IMG/VR virus record: IMGVR_UViG_3300012952_000002
Location: 1-56,771 of that record
Reading direction: 5' to 3' (one strand)
Length of the DNA stretch: 56,771 nucleotides
From: a virus
Taxonomy: Duplodnaviria; Caudoviricetes
Position numbers and translations under genes: made by a program. Positions within the stretch are counted from its first letter, which is position 1. The number at the start of each line of letters is the position of its first letter. Shown here piece after piece: positions 46,804 through 55,839 of this stretch. Below the pieces are notes generated by a model, which was given only the letters and a program-made list of their open reading frames with translations, was not told the DNA's origin and did not search any database.

Positions 46804-48600
46804 GTGGATATAGTTACACTCGACTTTGAGACTTTTTATAGTAAAGAGTTCTCACTCACCAAGCTTACCATTGTTGAGTATGTCAATGACCCACGATTCA
46901 AAGTGTGGGGCGTAGGCATCAAGATCAACCAAGACCCTACTGAATGGTACAGCGCAGACGAAACACAAGATGCAATTGACGCAATAGATTGGGACAACGC
47001 AGTTCTCGTGTGCCATAACACCATGTTTGATGGCTACATACTTACCCAGAAATACAATGCAAAACCTGCCAAATACGTAGACACAGCTTCAATGAGCCGT
47101 GGCTGGTGGCCCCACGAAAAGGCTAATCTCAAAGACTTAGCTATACGATTGTGGCCTGACGATGAAACCATGCGGAAAGGTGAAGAACTTATTACTTGTA
47201 TGGGGATAGAAGACCTGTCACCAGAACAAGATGAAACAATTGGTGGCTACTGTATACAAGACGTTGATCTTACCTATGCAGCATACAAACGTTTCAATCT
47301 TGAGTTTCCAATGTCAGAAAGAGCAGTGATTGATGCTACTGTCCGTATGTTTACAGAGCCAGTGCTACACGTAGACAAAGAAAAATTGCAGCAATATCAC
47401 GATGAAGAAGTAGCTACAGCCAAACAACTTATCGAGGATTCAGGTACAACACGAGAAGTGATGGCAAGCAACGTTAAGTTCTCAAAACTACTGGAAGAGA
47501 TGGACATCACCGTGCCACTCAAGAAATCACCCAACACAGGGAAAATGATTCCTGCATTTGGTAAGAACGATAAAGCATATCAACAGCTACAAACAATGTA
47601 TCCACAGCATAAGAACCTGTGGGATGCACGCACCGTAGTAAAGTCCCGTATCTCAGAAACTCGTGCCAAACGATTCATTGATTCAGTCCATGATGACGGA
47701 ACAATCAGTGTGCCACTCAAGTATTACGGGGCGCATACGGGTAGGTTCTCTGGTGAGCAAAAGATTAACATGCAGAACCTACCCCGTGGCAGTGTGTTAC
47801 GTACCTGTTTGATTGCCCCACCAAATCAACTGGTATACGTGGCTGACTTATCTAACATCGAGGCACGTATGACTGCGTACCTAGCAGGAGAAGAAAGTCT
47901 ACTCAACCAGTTTTCTAATGGTGTAGATGTATACAGTAGTTTCGCCAGCAAAGTATACAATCACCCCATTAACAAAACAGACAATCCAACAGAAAGATTC
48001 GTGGGTAAAACAGCGGTGCTTGGCCTTGGCTACGGCATGGGGCATGTTAAGTTCCGATCTGTACTAGCCTCTGGATCAGGTGGCCCAGTGCTAGAGATAC
48101 CTGAAGCTGAAGCACAGAACATCGTAAACACTTACCGCATGACCTACGCCACTATCCCCCATTTGTGGCGAGTGTTGGAAAACTTATTCGTAGAAGGACG
48201 ATACTATACTTACAAAAATTGTTTGACCTTTGAGAAGGATAAGATAGTCTTACCTAATGGTATGCGATTAGTGTACCCCAAACTGCGAATCGACCAAGGC
48301 CAATTGACCTACAACACAATGCGAGGTCAAGAGAATACTTGGGGAGGGAGACTCACAGAGAACGCAGTACAAGCACTCAGTAGAATCATCATTACTGACG
48401 CGATGGATAAGATCAAACGAGAGTTACCGGAGTATCGAATAGCTCTCACTGTCCACGATGAAGTTGTAATCGTAGGACCTGATACGAATCCTGATGAAAC
48501 AATGGAACATATAATTAACTGCATGGTAGTTGCACCTGATTGGTGTAAAGAAATACCACTCGATGCAGAAGGTGGATACGACAAATCGTACAGTAAATGA
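46804..48600 (+). CDS. DNA polymerase family A with 3'-5' exonuclease
   Basis: ExoI LDFET, ExoII HN..FD, ExoIII YC..DV, HTGRFSG, motif A DLSNIEAR, motif B K...LG.GYG, motif C VHDE; GTG start after AGGAGG. Confidence 0.95.
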   Translation: MDIVTLDFETFYSKEFSLTKLTIVEYVNDPRFKVWGVGIKINQDPTEWYSADETQDAIDAIDWDNAVLVCHNTMFDGYILTQKYNAKPAKYVDTASMSRGWWPHEKANLKDLAIRLWPDDETMRKGEELITCMGIEDLSPEQDETIGGYCIQDVDLTYAAYKRFNLEFPMSERAVIDATVRMFTEPVLHVDKEKLQQYHDEEVATAKQLIEDSGTTREVMASNVKFSKLLEEMDITVPLKKSPNTGKMIPAFGKNDKAYQQLQTMYPQHKNLWDARTVVKSRISETRAKRFIDSVHDDGTISVPLKYYGAHTGRFSGEQKINMQNLPRGSVLRTCLIAPPNQLVYVADLSNIEARMTAYLAGEESLLNQFSNGVDVYSSFASKVYNHPINKTDNPTERFVGKTAVLGLGYGMGHVKFRSVLASGSGGPVLEIPEAEAQNIVNTYRMTYATIPHLWRVLENLFVEGRYYTYKNCLTFEKDKIVLPNGMRLVYPKLRIDQGQLTYNTMRGQENTWGGRLTENAVQALSRIIITDAMDKIKRELPEYRIALTVHDEVVIVGPDTNPDETMEHIINCMVVAPDWCKEIPLDAEGGYDKSYSK

Positions 48601-48601
48601 C

Positions 48602-48802
48602 ATGACAAGATTAGTTATCTCAAGAAAAATAAATCAAAGTGTCATCATCCATGAAAACGGTAAAGTCATTGCTGAAGTAAAGCTCAGCAAAGTATCTAAC
48701 AAAACTGTAAAACTTACGTTTGATGCTGATGAAACAATCAGTATTGATCGAACTGAAAAATTAAATGGAGATTTAAATACCCATGAAACTGACCTTCCTT
48801 GA
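48602..48802 (+). CDS. CsrA/RsmA-like RNA-binding regulator
   Basis: LVISRKINQSVII...VKL..V....VKLTFDA...ISIDRTE aligns by eye with CsrA LILTRR.GE.L.I...V.V..V.G.QVRIG..AP..V.VHREE. Confidence 0.7.
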   Translation: MTRLVISRKINQSVIIHENGKVIAEVKLSKVSNKTVKLTFDADETISIDRTEKLNGDLNTHETDLP

Positions 48803-51299
48803 ATCAACAAACGGTGTAGCTTTAGCCAAGCACATCTCAGGGGACGGGGTTAGAAATTATCCAATGGTGAAGAACTTCACCTCACATGAGCATACTGTTT
48901 CGGCTGACGAAGCAGGACTCATGGCCTTTGAACAGTACCTTAGAAACTATGCAAACAAAGGGTACTGTCTTCTCAAAGGCAACTTACGGGAGCCATTAGT
49001 CAACGAAAGCCGTGCCAAAAAGTCAGATCGCACAGCCTACACGCAACTCCTTGTACTGGATATTGATAAGCTCGTTATCCCTAACACAGTCATACGACAG
49101 AAAAACTTAAACAGTGGTGACGTACAATCTATTGCTGAAAAGATCCTGTCTCAAATGCCACCTGAGTTCCAAGAAACAAGCTACATTGCACAGGCATCTG
49201 CATCATTTGGACGAGACACTAGCAAAGTAAGCATACACATCTTCATGTTTCTTACTGTACCTATACCACCCAAAGCACTAAAGCTCTGGTTAAATGCAGC
49301 TAACTTTGAAACACAATTGTTTACAGATAACTTAACGCTTAGCAGTAACGGTCAATCATTGTCTTACCCATTGGACGTTAGTATTTCAGAGAACAGTAAG
49401 ACTGTATTCATTGCACCTCCTACGTTTGACCCAGTAGAAAATGATCCGTTTGATTCTAAAGATGACCGGATCGTACTGGTTAAACGAAAGAAGCATCATG
49501 TTGATCTCGCTAGGTTCATGAATGACATCAATCCTGAATCTGTATTCCAGAAAACATCAGACGCAAAGAACACCTTGCGCTCACAGTCAGGGCTAAGCCG
49601 TAAGAAAAGCCAGATTAAAAACATCAAAGTAGGTATGCAGATCGAAGAGGTGCTACAGAACCCTGATCAAATGTCTATCTCTGTATCAGATGACAGCAAC
49701 CTGCCATACATACGATGCAACGTAAACGGTGGAGACAGTAACGCTTACTACTTCAAGCTTAACTCACCGACCTATATGTATAACTTTAAAGGTGAGCCAA
49801 TCTTTCCCATTGAAAAAGCCGACAGAGATTTTTACCTGTCTATCTTTGAACTGTATGAAGATAAGCAGCAAGAGATGGGAATCAGCCGCTATCCCATAGT
49901 CATGCGTGATTTCTTTACTGATCAGTATTACAACGGATTGTTTGATCCATCTCTCGATCAGTTCTCTGATGACTTCCCTCTGACACCTACGTCTAAAGGA
50001 TCAGTCGAATCATTTATGTTGTCACATGGGCATCCACCGCCTGACTTCATACCAGAAGCAACTATCTTCTTTGATCCAACGGCTACAGAAAACCAGATCA
50101 ATATGACTGCAGCACCTTTCTGGGTCAACATGTATAGGCGTACCAAGTATGTCCTTGAAGCTGACTTACATAAGAAAGAACTGGAGTACGGTAAAGCTCA
50201 CACATTACAGGATGATTGCCCTCTCATTGCTACAATCATTAGTCATATACTTGGTAACGGTGAAGAAGAGTTTGAAAGGTTCATCAACTGGATGGCGTAC
50301 ATATTCCAGACCAGACAAAAAACAACTAAAGCCTGGGTACTAGGTGGTGTACAAGGCACAGGTAAAGGTGTCTTTTATTCTAAGATACTCAGACCATTGT
50401 TCGGACCAGAACATGTTCCCATGCGTACCCTTAGAAACATTGAGGAAAACTTTAACCTGTATATGCGGCAAGCTTTGTTCCTGATTGTTGATGAGTTCCA
50501 CATGGGATCAGCCAGCACTGGAGTTAAACGTGTGGCTGACCAACTCAAGTCAGATATCACAGATGAAGCAATCACTATACGTGCCATGCGTAGTAACCAA
50601 ACAGCACCGCCTAACTACACCAACTATATCTTCTTAACCAATCGTCCTGATGCAGTTAACCTAGAAGTAACCGATAGGCGTTACAATATACCGCCACGAC
50701 AAGAAGTATCTTTGGAACAAGCGCATCCCAATGTCATAGATAACATGGATAAGATAGAGCTTGAGCTACCCAAGTTTGCAGGAATACTACATGGCTTTAA
50801 ATACGATAAGTATCTGGCAACCAGAGTAGCTATCGACAATGCAGCCAAAGAACAGATGCGAGTTGTAAGTATGACTGTCTTTGAAGAGTTCTGTAGCTCA
50901 ATCAAATCAGGTGATCTAGGATTCTTCACAGACATATTAGAAATTACACCAAGTAATGTGATGGATGGTGGCAGGATCTTAACTGCCCAACGATATGTAA
51001 AAGCATGGATAGCAGATAAACTAAACACAGCCGAGTACAGTATTATACCTGCTGAACATTTCCGTGCTGTGTATCACGTAATGACAGAACACAATCCAAT
51101 CATTAATCAAAGACAATTCAAGAAACAGCTAAACAAAAACCACATAGACACAGAGGTACGAAAGCGTCCTGCATTTGGGGGAAGAGATAGTAACCCTATT
51201 CGTGGCGTTGTGGTAAACTGGTCAACACCGGAAGAAAACGTTAGGCATTTAGCAGATGAATACTTTGAAGATGAAGATAAGGTATTGTTAAATGTTTAA
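48783..51299 (+). CDS. Primase / SF3 helicase (DUF5906-like)
   Basis: N-terminal LDID...SAS...HIF; Walker A GVQGTGKG, Walker B IVDE, motif C FLTN, DRRY. Confidence 0.85.
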   Translation: MKLTFLESTNGVALAKHISGDGVRNYPMVKNFTSHEHTVSADEAGLMAFEQYLRNYANKGYCLLKGNLREPLVNESRAKKSDRTAYTQLLVLDIDKLVIPNTVIRQKNLNSGDVQSIAEKILSQMPPEFQETSYIAQASASFGRDTSKVSIHIFMFLTVPIPPKALKLWLNAANFETQLFTDNLTLSSNGQSLSYPLDVSISENSKTVFIAPPTFDPVENDPFDSKDDRIVLVKRKKHHVDLARFMNDINPESVFQKTSDAKNTLRSQSGLSRKKSQIKNIKVGMQIEEVLQNPDQMSISVSDDSNLPYIRCNVNGGDSNAYYFKLNSPTYMYNFKGEPIFPIEKADRDFYLSIFELYEDKQQEMGISRYPIVMRDFFTDQYYNGLFDPSLDQFSDDFPLTPTSKGSVESFMLSHGHPPPDFIPEATIFFDPTATENQINMTAAPFWVNMYRRTKYVLEADLHKKELEYGKAHTLQDDCPLIATIISHILGNGEEEFERFINWMAYIFQTRQKTTKAWVLGGVQGTGKGVFYSKILRPLFGPEHVPMRTLRNIEENFNLYMRQALFLIVDEFHMGSASTGVKRVADQLKSDITDEAITIRAMRSNQTAPPNYTNYIFLTNRPDAVNLEVTDRRYNIPPRQEVSLEQAHPNVIDNMDKIELELPKFAGILHGFKYDKYLATRVAIDNAAKEQMRVVSMTVFEEFCSSIKSGDLGFFTDILEITPSNVMDGGRILTAQRYVKAWIADKLNTAEYSIIPAEHFRAVYHVMTEHNPIINQRQFKKQLNKNHIDTEVRKRPAFGGRDSNPIRGVVVNWSTPEENVRHLADEYFEDEDKVLLNV

Positions 51300-51453
51300 C
51301 CTGTATGTGTTTGGCGCAATGTATGTCTTTCTCTGGTCGAGTTATCCCACTACAAGTGAGTGCGTGGAAGAACAAGAAAGACTTATTAACATGTTATCCA
51401 CAGATCAATTTATTATAGAGTGCATCAGGATAGATGAAACTAATACCAGTTGA
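51292..51453 (+). CDS. Hypothetical protein (53 aa)
   Basis: Hand-translated MFNLYVFGAMYVFLWSSYPTTSECVEE...; fills the gap. Confidence 0.45.
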   Translation: MFNLYVFGAMYVFLWSSYPTTSECVEEQERLINMLSTDQFIIECIRIDETNTS

Positions 51454-52168
51454 GTCGTTGCCGTTTGAACGACCAGAAAAATTAGGACCACTCAAAGCAT
51501 GGAGCTTTTCAGCACTCAAAACATTTGAAGAATGTGCATACCGTGCTTATCTTAGCCGTGTACAAAAAATACCTGAACCAACTAACGCAGCAGCATCCCG
51601 TGGATCAAAGATACATGAACAAGCAGAAGCCTATGTCAAAGGTGAACTAGGGGAAATGCCTCAAGAGTTAAAAAAGTTTGCCCAAGACTTTGATCATCTC
51701 CGTGCGCTCTATGCAGATGCACGAGTAGAACTAGAAGGTGATTGGGGTTTCACTATGGATTGGGAGCCTACTTCATGGGTAGGCAGTACCACTTGGGTAC
51801 GCATTAAACTAGATGCCTTGGTCTTTGAAGAAGATAACTCTGCTAGAGTCATTGACTACAAAACAGGCAAAAAATGGGGCAATGAAATAATGCACGGGCA
51901 ACAGTGTCTACTGTATGCCATCGGTACGTTCTACCGCTACCCAGAAATAGAAGCAGTGCAAACAGAACTTTGGTATCTCGACAAACAACAAACCACTAAA
52001 AAGTTTTACACTCGCAATGAAGCATTAAACTTTGCTGCAAGTTGGCACAACCGTGGTGTGGCTATGACCACAGAGGAAAACTTTACGCCTTCCCCTAGTG
52101 CAAGTGCGTGCCGTTGGTGCAGTTACAAAACAGGAAACCCTGCTCCTTGTGAGTGGGGGATAACTTAA
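51434..52168 (+). CDS. PD-(D/E)XK exonuclease (RecB/Cas4-like)
   Basis: WSFS.L..FE.C, RG..IH, KLD, IDYKTG, Q..LY, C.WC...C. Confidence 0.9.
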   Translation: MKLIPVESLPFERPEKLGPLKAWSFSALKTFEECAYRAYLSRVQKIPEPTNAAASRGSKIHEQAEAYVKGELGEMPQELKKFAQDFDHLRALYADARVELEGDWGFTMDWEPTSWVGSTTWVRIKLDALVFEEDNSARVIDYKTGKKWGNEIMHGQQCLLYAIGTFYRYPEIEAVQTELWYLDKQQTTKKFYTRNEALNFAASWHNRGVAMTTEENFTPSPSASACRWCSYKTGNPAPCEWGIT

Positions 52169-52422
52169 TGCTCTTTAATGGACACATAGTAGACGATAAC
52201 GTTAACCACCCACCCCATTACACCAAGGGCGACATTGAATGCATTGATGGTATCAAAGCAAGCATGTCCCATAATGAATACCTCGGATACCTAAAAGGTG
52301 CAGTAATGAAATATTTGTGGCGGTATCAATATAAGAGCAAACCAAAAGAAGACATACGAAAAGCCATCTGGTATCTTCAACGCTTAGAGCAAGAACTACC
52401 CGACACGGATGAACGAACATAG
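52168..52422 (+). CDS. DUF3310 family protein
   Basis: D.VNHP.HY..G.IECID...G...KY.WR...K...ED..KA.WYL. Confidence 0.9.
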   Translation: MLFNGHIVDDNVNHPPHYTKGDIECIDGIKASMSHNEYLGYLKGAVMKYLWRYQYKSKPKEDIRKAIWYLQRLEQELPDTDERT

Positions 52423-52822
52423 CTTTGTAAAATCTGTACATCGCAAACTCCCCGTTGATTTATATAAATGGAAAATACACGACTCTTACACTAATGGTGT
52501 ACCAGATGCTATGTATGCAGGAAACAAAGCTATTTTATTTATCGAATACAAATACGTGCCAGCGTTACCCAAGATTAAAACTACTCCAATTAAAATCAAC
52601 CTAAGTAAATTACAGCTACAATGGTTAAATAACTTTGTTGATATGGGCCACAATGCTGTTGTCGTAGTAGGTACTGAAGACAAAAATGTACTAATTCTGA
52701 AGGATAAACAGTGGAATAAGCCTATATCCAAAGAAAACTTCTTGAAAAAAGCTGTAAAACCCTCTGATTTATCTAATTTCATCTTAAATGTTTGCACCAA
52801 TATAGAAAAACCAGTACGATGA
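52409..52822 (+). CDS. VRR-NUC/Holliday-junction-resolvase-like nuclease
   Basis: E..F...GVPD...FIEYK...LS.LQ..W. Confidence 0.8.
   Translation: MNEHSFVKSVHRKLPVDLYKWKIHDSYTNGVPDAMYAGNKAILFIEYKYVPALPKIKTTPIKINLSKLQLQWLNNFVDMGHNAVVVVGTEDKNVLILKDKQWNKPISKENFLKKAVKPSDLSNFILNVCTNIEKPVR
52792..52820 (+). promoter_or_regulatory. Sigma70-like promoter of the candidate sRNA
   Basis: TTGCAC-N17-TACGAT. Confidence 0.5.
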
Positions 52823-52825
52823 TCT

Positions 52826-52919
52826 TGTTTGAATCTCCAAATTTAAACATAAGTTTTTTTCATGGATGTACCACCTTAAAGAAGGCCCAAGTTATCTCCC
52901 ACTTGGGCCTTTCTTTTTT
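52826..52919 (+). ncRNA. Candidate ~94-nt small RNA
   Basis: Promoter, 5' hairpin UGUUUGAAU/AUUUAAACA, CAUGGAUGU, terminator hairpin. Confidence 0.45.
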
Positions 52920-52920
52920 C
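52882..52920 (+). terminator. Intrinsic terminator
   Basis: AAGGCCCAAGT-TATCTCCC-ACTTGGGCCTT then TCTTTTTT. Confidence 0.9.
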
Positions 52921-52968
52921 TATCTCTTTACTATAATGTCCTAACCTAACTAGGAAAGTGAGGACACT

Positions 52969-53148
52969 ATGGGATTTTTCAAATGGCTATCCAGTTTTCT
53001 TGGCGATAGCGACATCGCAGATAAAACTGCAGAACATTTAGAAACAGTTAGAACCAGAGATTCTAAAGGACGTTTTATTAAAGACGATCCTAACACTCCT
53101 GAAAACGAAGCCTTTACCACTAGAAAAAAGAAACGTAAATCAAAATGA
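52969..53148 (+). CDS. Hypothetical protein (59 aa)
   Basis: Hand-translated MGFFKWL...RTRDSKGRFIKDDPNTPENEAF; GAGGA RBS, ATGA overlap. Confidence 0.75.
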   Translation: MGFFKWLSSFLGDSDIADKTAEHLETVRTRDSKGRFIKDDPNTPENEAFTTRKKKRKSK

Positions 53149-53543
53149 AAGTTGCTTTCTTTGATAGCAATAACATAATTACTTCTGTTTCTTCTGGGCC
53201 AGCAGATATGTTTGCTGAGTCTTTAAAAGATAGAACTGATTACATTGAGCTAGACGAAGACACTAACGTTGATTTTGAGTACCCTCAAAAAGTAGAAGAT
53301 GGGAAACTCGTAGCCAGAACAAAACCAACTGATTTGCAAAAAGCAGAGTTTCAACAACACCTGCGAAAACAACGTGACTCTATACTTGGACAATCTGATT
53401 GGAGATTAGCAGTAGATTCTCCAATGACAACAGAACAAAAAACTGCATGGCAAACATATCGCCAACAGTTACGAGACTTACCTGCCAGTTACACAAATGA
53501 AACTGACATAACAAAAGTTACTTGGCCTACGGAACCCTCATAA
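53145..53543 (+). CDS. Tail fibre assembly chaperone-like protein
   Basis: LR.QRD..L..SDW...DSP...W..YRQ.LRDLP...WP.EP. Confidence 0.85.
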   Translation: MKVAFFDSNNIITSVSSGPADMFAESLKDRTDYIELDEDTNVDFEYPQKVEDGKLVARTKPTDLQKAEFQQHLRKQRDSILGQSDWRLAVDSPMTTEQKTAWQTYRQQLRDLPASYTNETDITKVTWPTEPS

Positions 53544-53908
53544 TGTCTAACGCACCTTATTTCTACAAAGCTACATTAAAACGAGTTGTTGATGGTGACA
53601 CAGTAGACGTTGACCTAGACTTAGGATTCAACGTATCACTGACCAACCAACGTATTCGTTTCTATGGGGTTAACGCACCTGAGTCACGTACAAGGAACCT
53701 CCAAGAAAAAGCAGCTGGCAAAGCAGCTAAAGCCAGATTAAATGAACTGCTTGAAAATGCAGACTTACACGTACACAGTTTCGGCAAGGGTAAATACGGA
53801 CGTATTCTTGGTGTACTGTATAACGGAAAGAAAAATATTTTTAATACCATGTTAAAGGAAGGACACTTACGTGAGTATGATGGTGGTAAACGGGAGCCGT
53901 GGTTCTAG
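53543..53908 (+). CDS. Thermonuclease (SNase) family protein
   Basis: RVVDGDTV...R.R..GV.APE...GKYGR.L; start MSNAPY overlaps the upstream TAA. Confidence 0.9.
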   Translation: MSNAPYFYKATLKRVVDGDTVDVDLDLGFNVSLTNQRIRFYGVNAPESRTRNLQEKAAGKAAKARLNELLENADLHVHSFGKGKYGRILGVLYNGKKNIFNTMLKEGHLREYDGGKREPWF

Positions 53909-54114
53909 CATTTCTGCTTGTTGTCTTAGTCGAAGGGGAAATTGTGTCAGATGATAGGATGCTCTTTCGCAATATTCACAGATGCAATGTCTTCAGTAGC
54001 GCAGTTGAGCAAGGGAAGTGGAGTATTAACGACCGTCCTTACTATCGCCAACAAAATATTACGGCTTACTGTATCCCTAAAAGAGTTAACAAAAACCAAA
54101 TCTTCTACGATTAA
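53899..54114 (+). CDS. Hypothetical protein
   Basis: 71 aa, hydrophobic N-terminus, C...AYCIP. Confidence 0.6.
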   Translation: MVLAFLLVVLVEGEIVSDDRMLFRNIHRCNVFSSAVEQGKWSINDRPYYRQQNITAYCIPKRVNKNQIFYD

Positions 54115-54124
54115 AGGAGGATCT

Positions 54125-54529
54125 ATGTGGCAAATGAGTGCTTTACTTGGTGTTGGGTTAATTGCTATGTCTGGTGCATTTAAACTGTACTACGATAAAG
54201 CAGAAGCGCAAAAAGAAACAATGGCTGCAGAGTTAAGACAAGCAGCAGACAATGAACTGTTACTAGAAAATAGTATCAAACAACTCAACAGCCAAGTGAT
54301 ACAAGCAGAAGAAGACAAACAGAAAGCCTTTGAAAAGATTAACGTGCTGCAAGAACAAAACAACCAAGCTCGTGAAGAAGTTAGCAAACTCAAAAGTAAG
54401 TTTGATAAACACGACATGAACATGCTGAGCTTACGCAAACCCAAGTTAATTGAAAACATAATCAACAAAGGTACAAAGGAGGTGTTAGGTGAATTTGAAA
54501 GTATTACTTCTCCTACTGCTAACCTGTAG
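54125..54529 (+). CDS. Inner-membrane spanin (Rz-like)
   Basis: AGGAGG RBS before MWQMS; N-terminal TM plus long coiled coil; overlaps the lipoprotein gene. Confidence 0.7.
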   Translation: MWQMSALLGVGLIAMSGAFKLYYDKAEAQKETMAAELRQAADNELLLENSIKQLNSQVIQAEEDKQKAFEKINVLQEQNNQAREEVSKLKSKFDKHDMNMLSLRKPKLIENIINKGTKEVLGEFESITSPTANL

Positions 54530-54869
54530 CGGTTGCAGCTTAATAGGAAACGGACAGTACACACCAGAAACTAAAGCAGTAGAAGTAGTGACTATTACTA
54601 AACCTGCTGCAGTCTATCACCCACCTCTACCTAACAAGATCAATACAAAACCTGTTGAATGGAAAGTTTTAACGCCAGAGATTATGGATGAGTACCTCAC
54701 AGATTTAAAAGAAGGCAATGCACCCACCAATGTTTATTACGGTGTTAGCCCTGTTGGGTATGAAAACCTGTCCGTTAACATGGCAGAAGTAAAAAGATAT
54801 ATTCGTCAAATCCTATCTATAGTAACCTATTACAAAGAGGTAAATGAACCAGAGGATAAAGATGAATAA
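54489..54869 (+). CDS. Outer-membrane spanin lipoprotein (Rz1-like)
   Basis: Signal peptide with lipobox-like CSGC, Pro-rich segment. Confidence 0.7.
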   Translation: MNLKVLLLLLLTCSGCSLIGNGQYTPETKAVEVVTITKPAAVYHPPLPNKINTKPVEWKVLTPEIMDEYLTDLKEGNAPTNVYYGVSPVGYENLSVNMAEVKRYIRQILSIVTYYKEVNEPEDKDE

Positions 54870-55188
54870 AGAACTACAACCAGGAAGTGAGTATGAAAAA
54901 TACGATACAGATGGTGATGGCGTAGTAACAGATGCAGAACTTGCTACCACTGAACGACTGCAAGCCTTAGAGTTACAGAATGAGAAAGCCGAGGCGCAAA
55001 AAACGATGTGCTGGTTCGCCTTGTTCGGTATGCTCCTCTACCCAAGCGGTATTGTGATTACGTCTTTTTTGAAACTAGACCAAGCTGCATCTATACTAGG
55101 GGACATTGCTAGTGTATATTTCATATCCGTGTCAGGCTTGATTGCAGCCTTCTTTGGTTTCCAAAGCTTCAATAACGGAAAGAAATGA
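54862..55188 (+). CDS. Holin-like membrane protein with an EF-hand-like loop
   Basis: DTDGDGVVTDAE, two TM segments, upstream of the endolysin. Confidence 0.6.
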   Translation: MNKELQPGSEYEKYDTDGDGVVTDAELATTERLQALELQNEKAEAQKTMCWFALFGMLLYPSGIVITSFLKLDQAASILGDIASVYFISVSGLIAAFFGFQSFNNGKK

Positions 55189-55237
55189 TTGAATTAGCAA
55201 TAGGAATTACCATCGGTTATATACTGGGAAAATATGT

Positions 55238-55720
55238 ATGGCGGTAGATGTAAAAGTACTTTATGACGAAATAGCAGACGATGAAGGCAAGGTACTTCAT
55301 GCATATCTCTGCACAGAAGGCCATGCCACCGTTGGCATAGGGCATAAAATCCTTCACACCGATCCAGAAGTTAGTTTGCCTATCAGAGATGCTTACGATA
55401 GTGCGCCAGCAGAAGACAGTATTACAGAGCATAGATGCTACGAGTTATTCCAAGAAGATGTGCAGCTTGCTATAGATGGTTGCAGAAGAATATATGATAG
55501 CTGGGAGGAACTACCTCAAGAAGCTCAGCATATTCTTGTAAACATGTGTTTCCAAATGGGACCAACTGGCCTTGGTAAATTTAAACACATGAACCAAGCA
55601 GTAGAAGATCAAGCTTGGGGACAAGTAGCACTTGAAATGGATGACAGCAGGTGGAGTAAACAAACTCCAGAACGAAGCAAACGTTTACGGTTACGAATGC
55701 TTGCACTAGCAGATACATAG
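55238..55720 (+). CDS. Endolysin, GH24 (T4-type) lysozyme
   Basis: EG.....Y.C..G..TVGIGH, L.NM.FQMG..G..KF, S.W..QTP.R. Confidence 0.9.
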   Translation: MAVDVKVLYDEIADDEGKVLHAYLCTEGHATVGIGHKILHTDPEVSLPIRDAYDSAPAEDSITEHRCYELFQEDVQLAIDGCRRIYDSWEELPQEAQHILVNMCFQMGPTGLGKFKHMNQAVEDQAWGQVALEMDDSRWSKQTPERSKRLRLRMLALADT

Positions 55721-55728
55721 GAGCCAAT

Positions 55729-55839
55729 ATGCACAAAGGTAAAAAATGTTACATTAATGCGCCAGCAGGAAAACCTATCCGAATGGAAAACAAAAAGCCC
55801 AACAAAGGCTACTCAAAGAAAAAGAAAACTAACGCTTAG
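55729..55839 (+). CDS. Small basic protein (36 aa)
   Basis: AGGAG RBS; MHKGKKCYINAP...KKKKTNA; end overlaps the convergent tail gene. Confidence 0.5.
   Translation: MHKGKKCYINAPAGKPIRMENKKPNKGYSKKKKTNA

Noticed and set aside
51394-51402. Perfect DnaA box TTATCCACA
   Set aside because: Single copy in a probable small ORF with no cluster; plausible by chance
51434-52168. Cas4 as evidence of a CRISPR system
   Set aside because: Stand-alone Cas4/RecB-like nucleases are common in phage replication modules; no array or other cas genes
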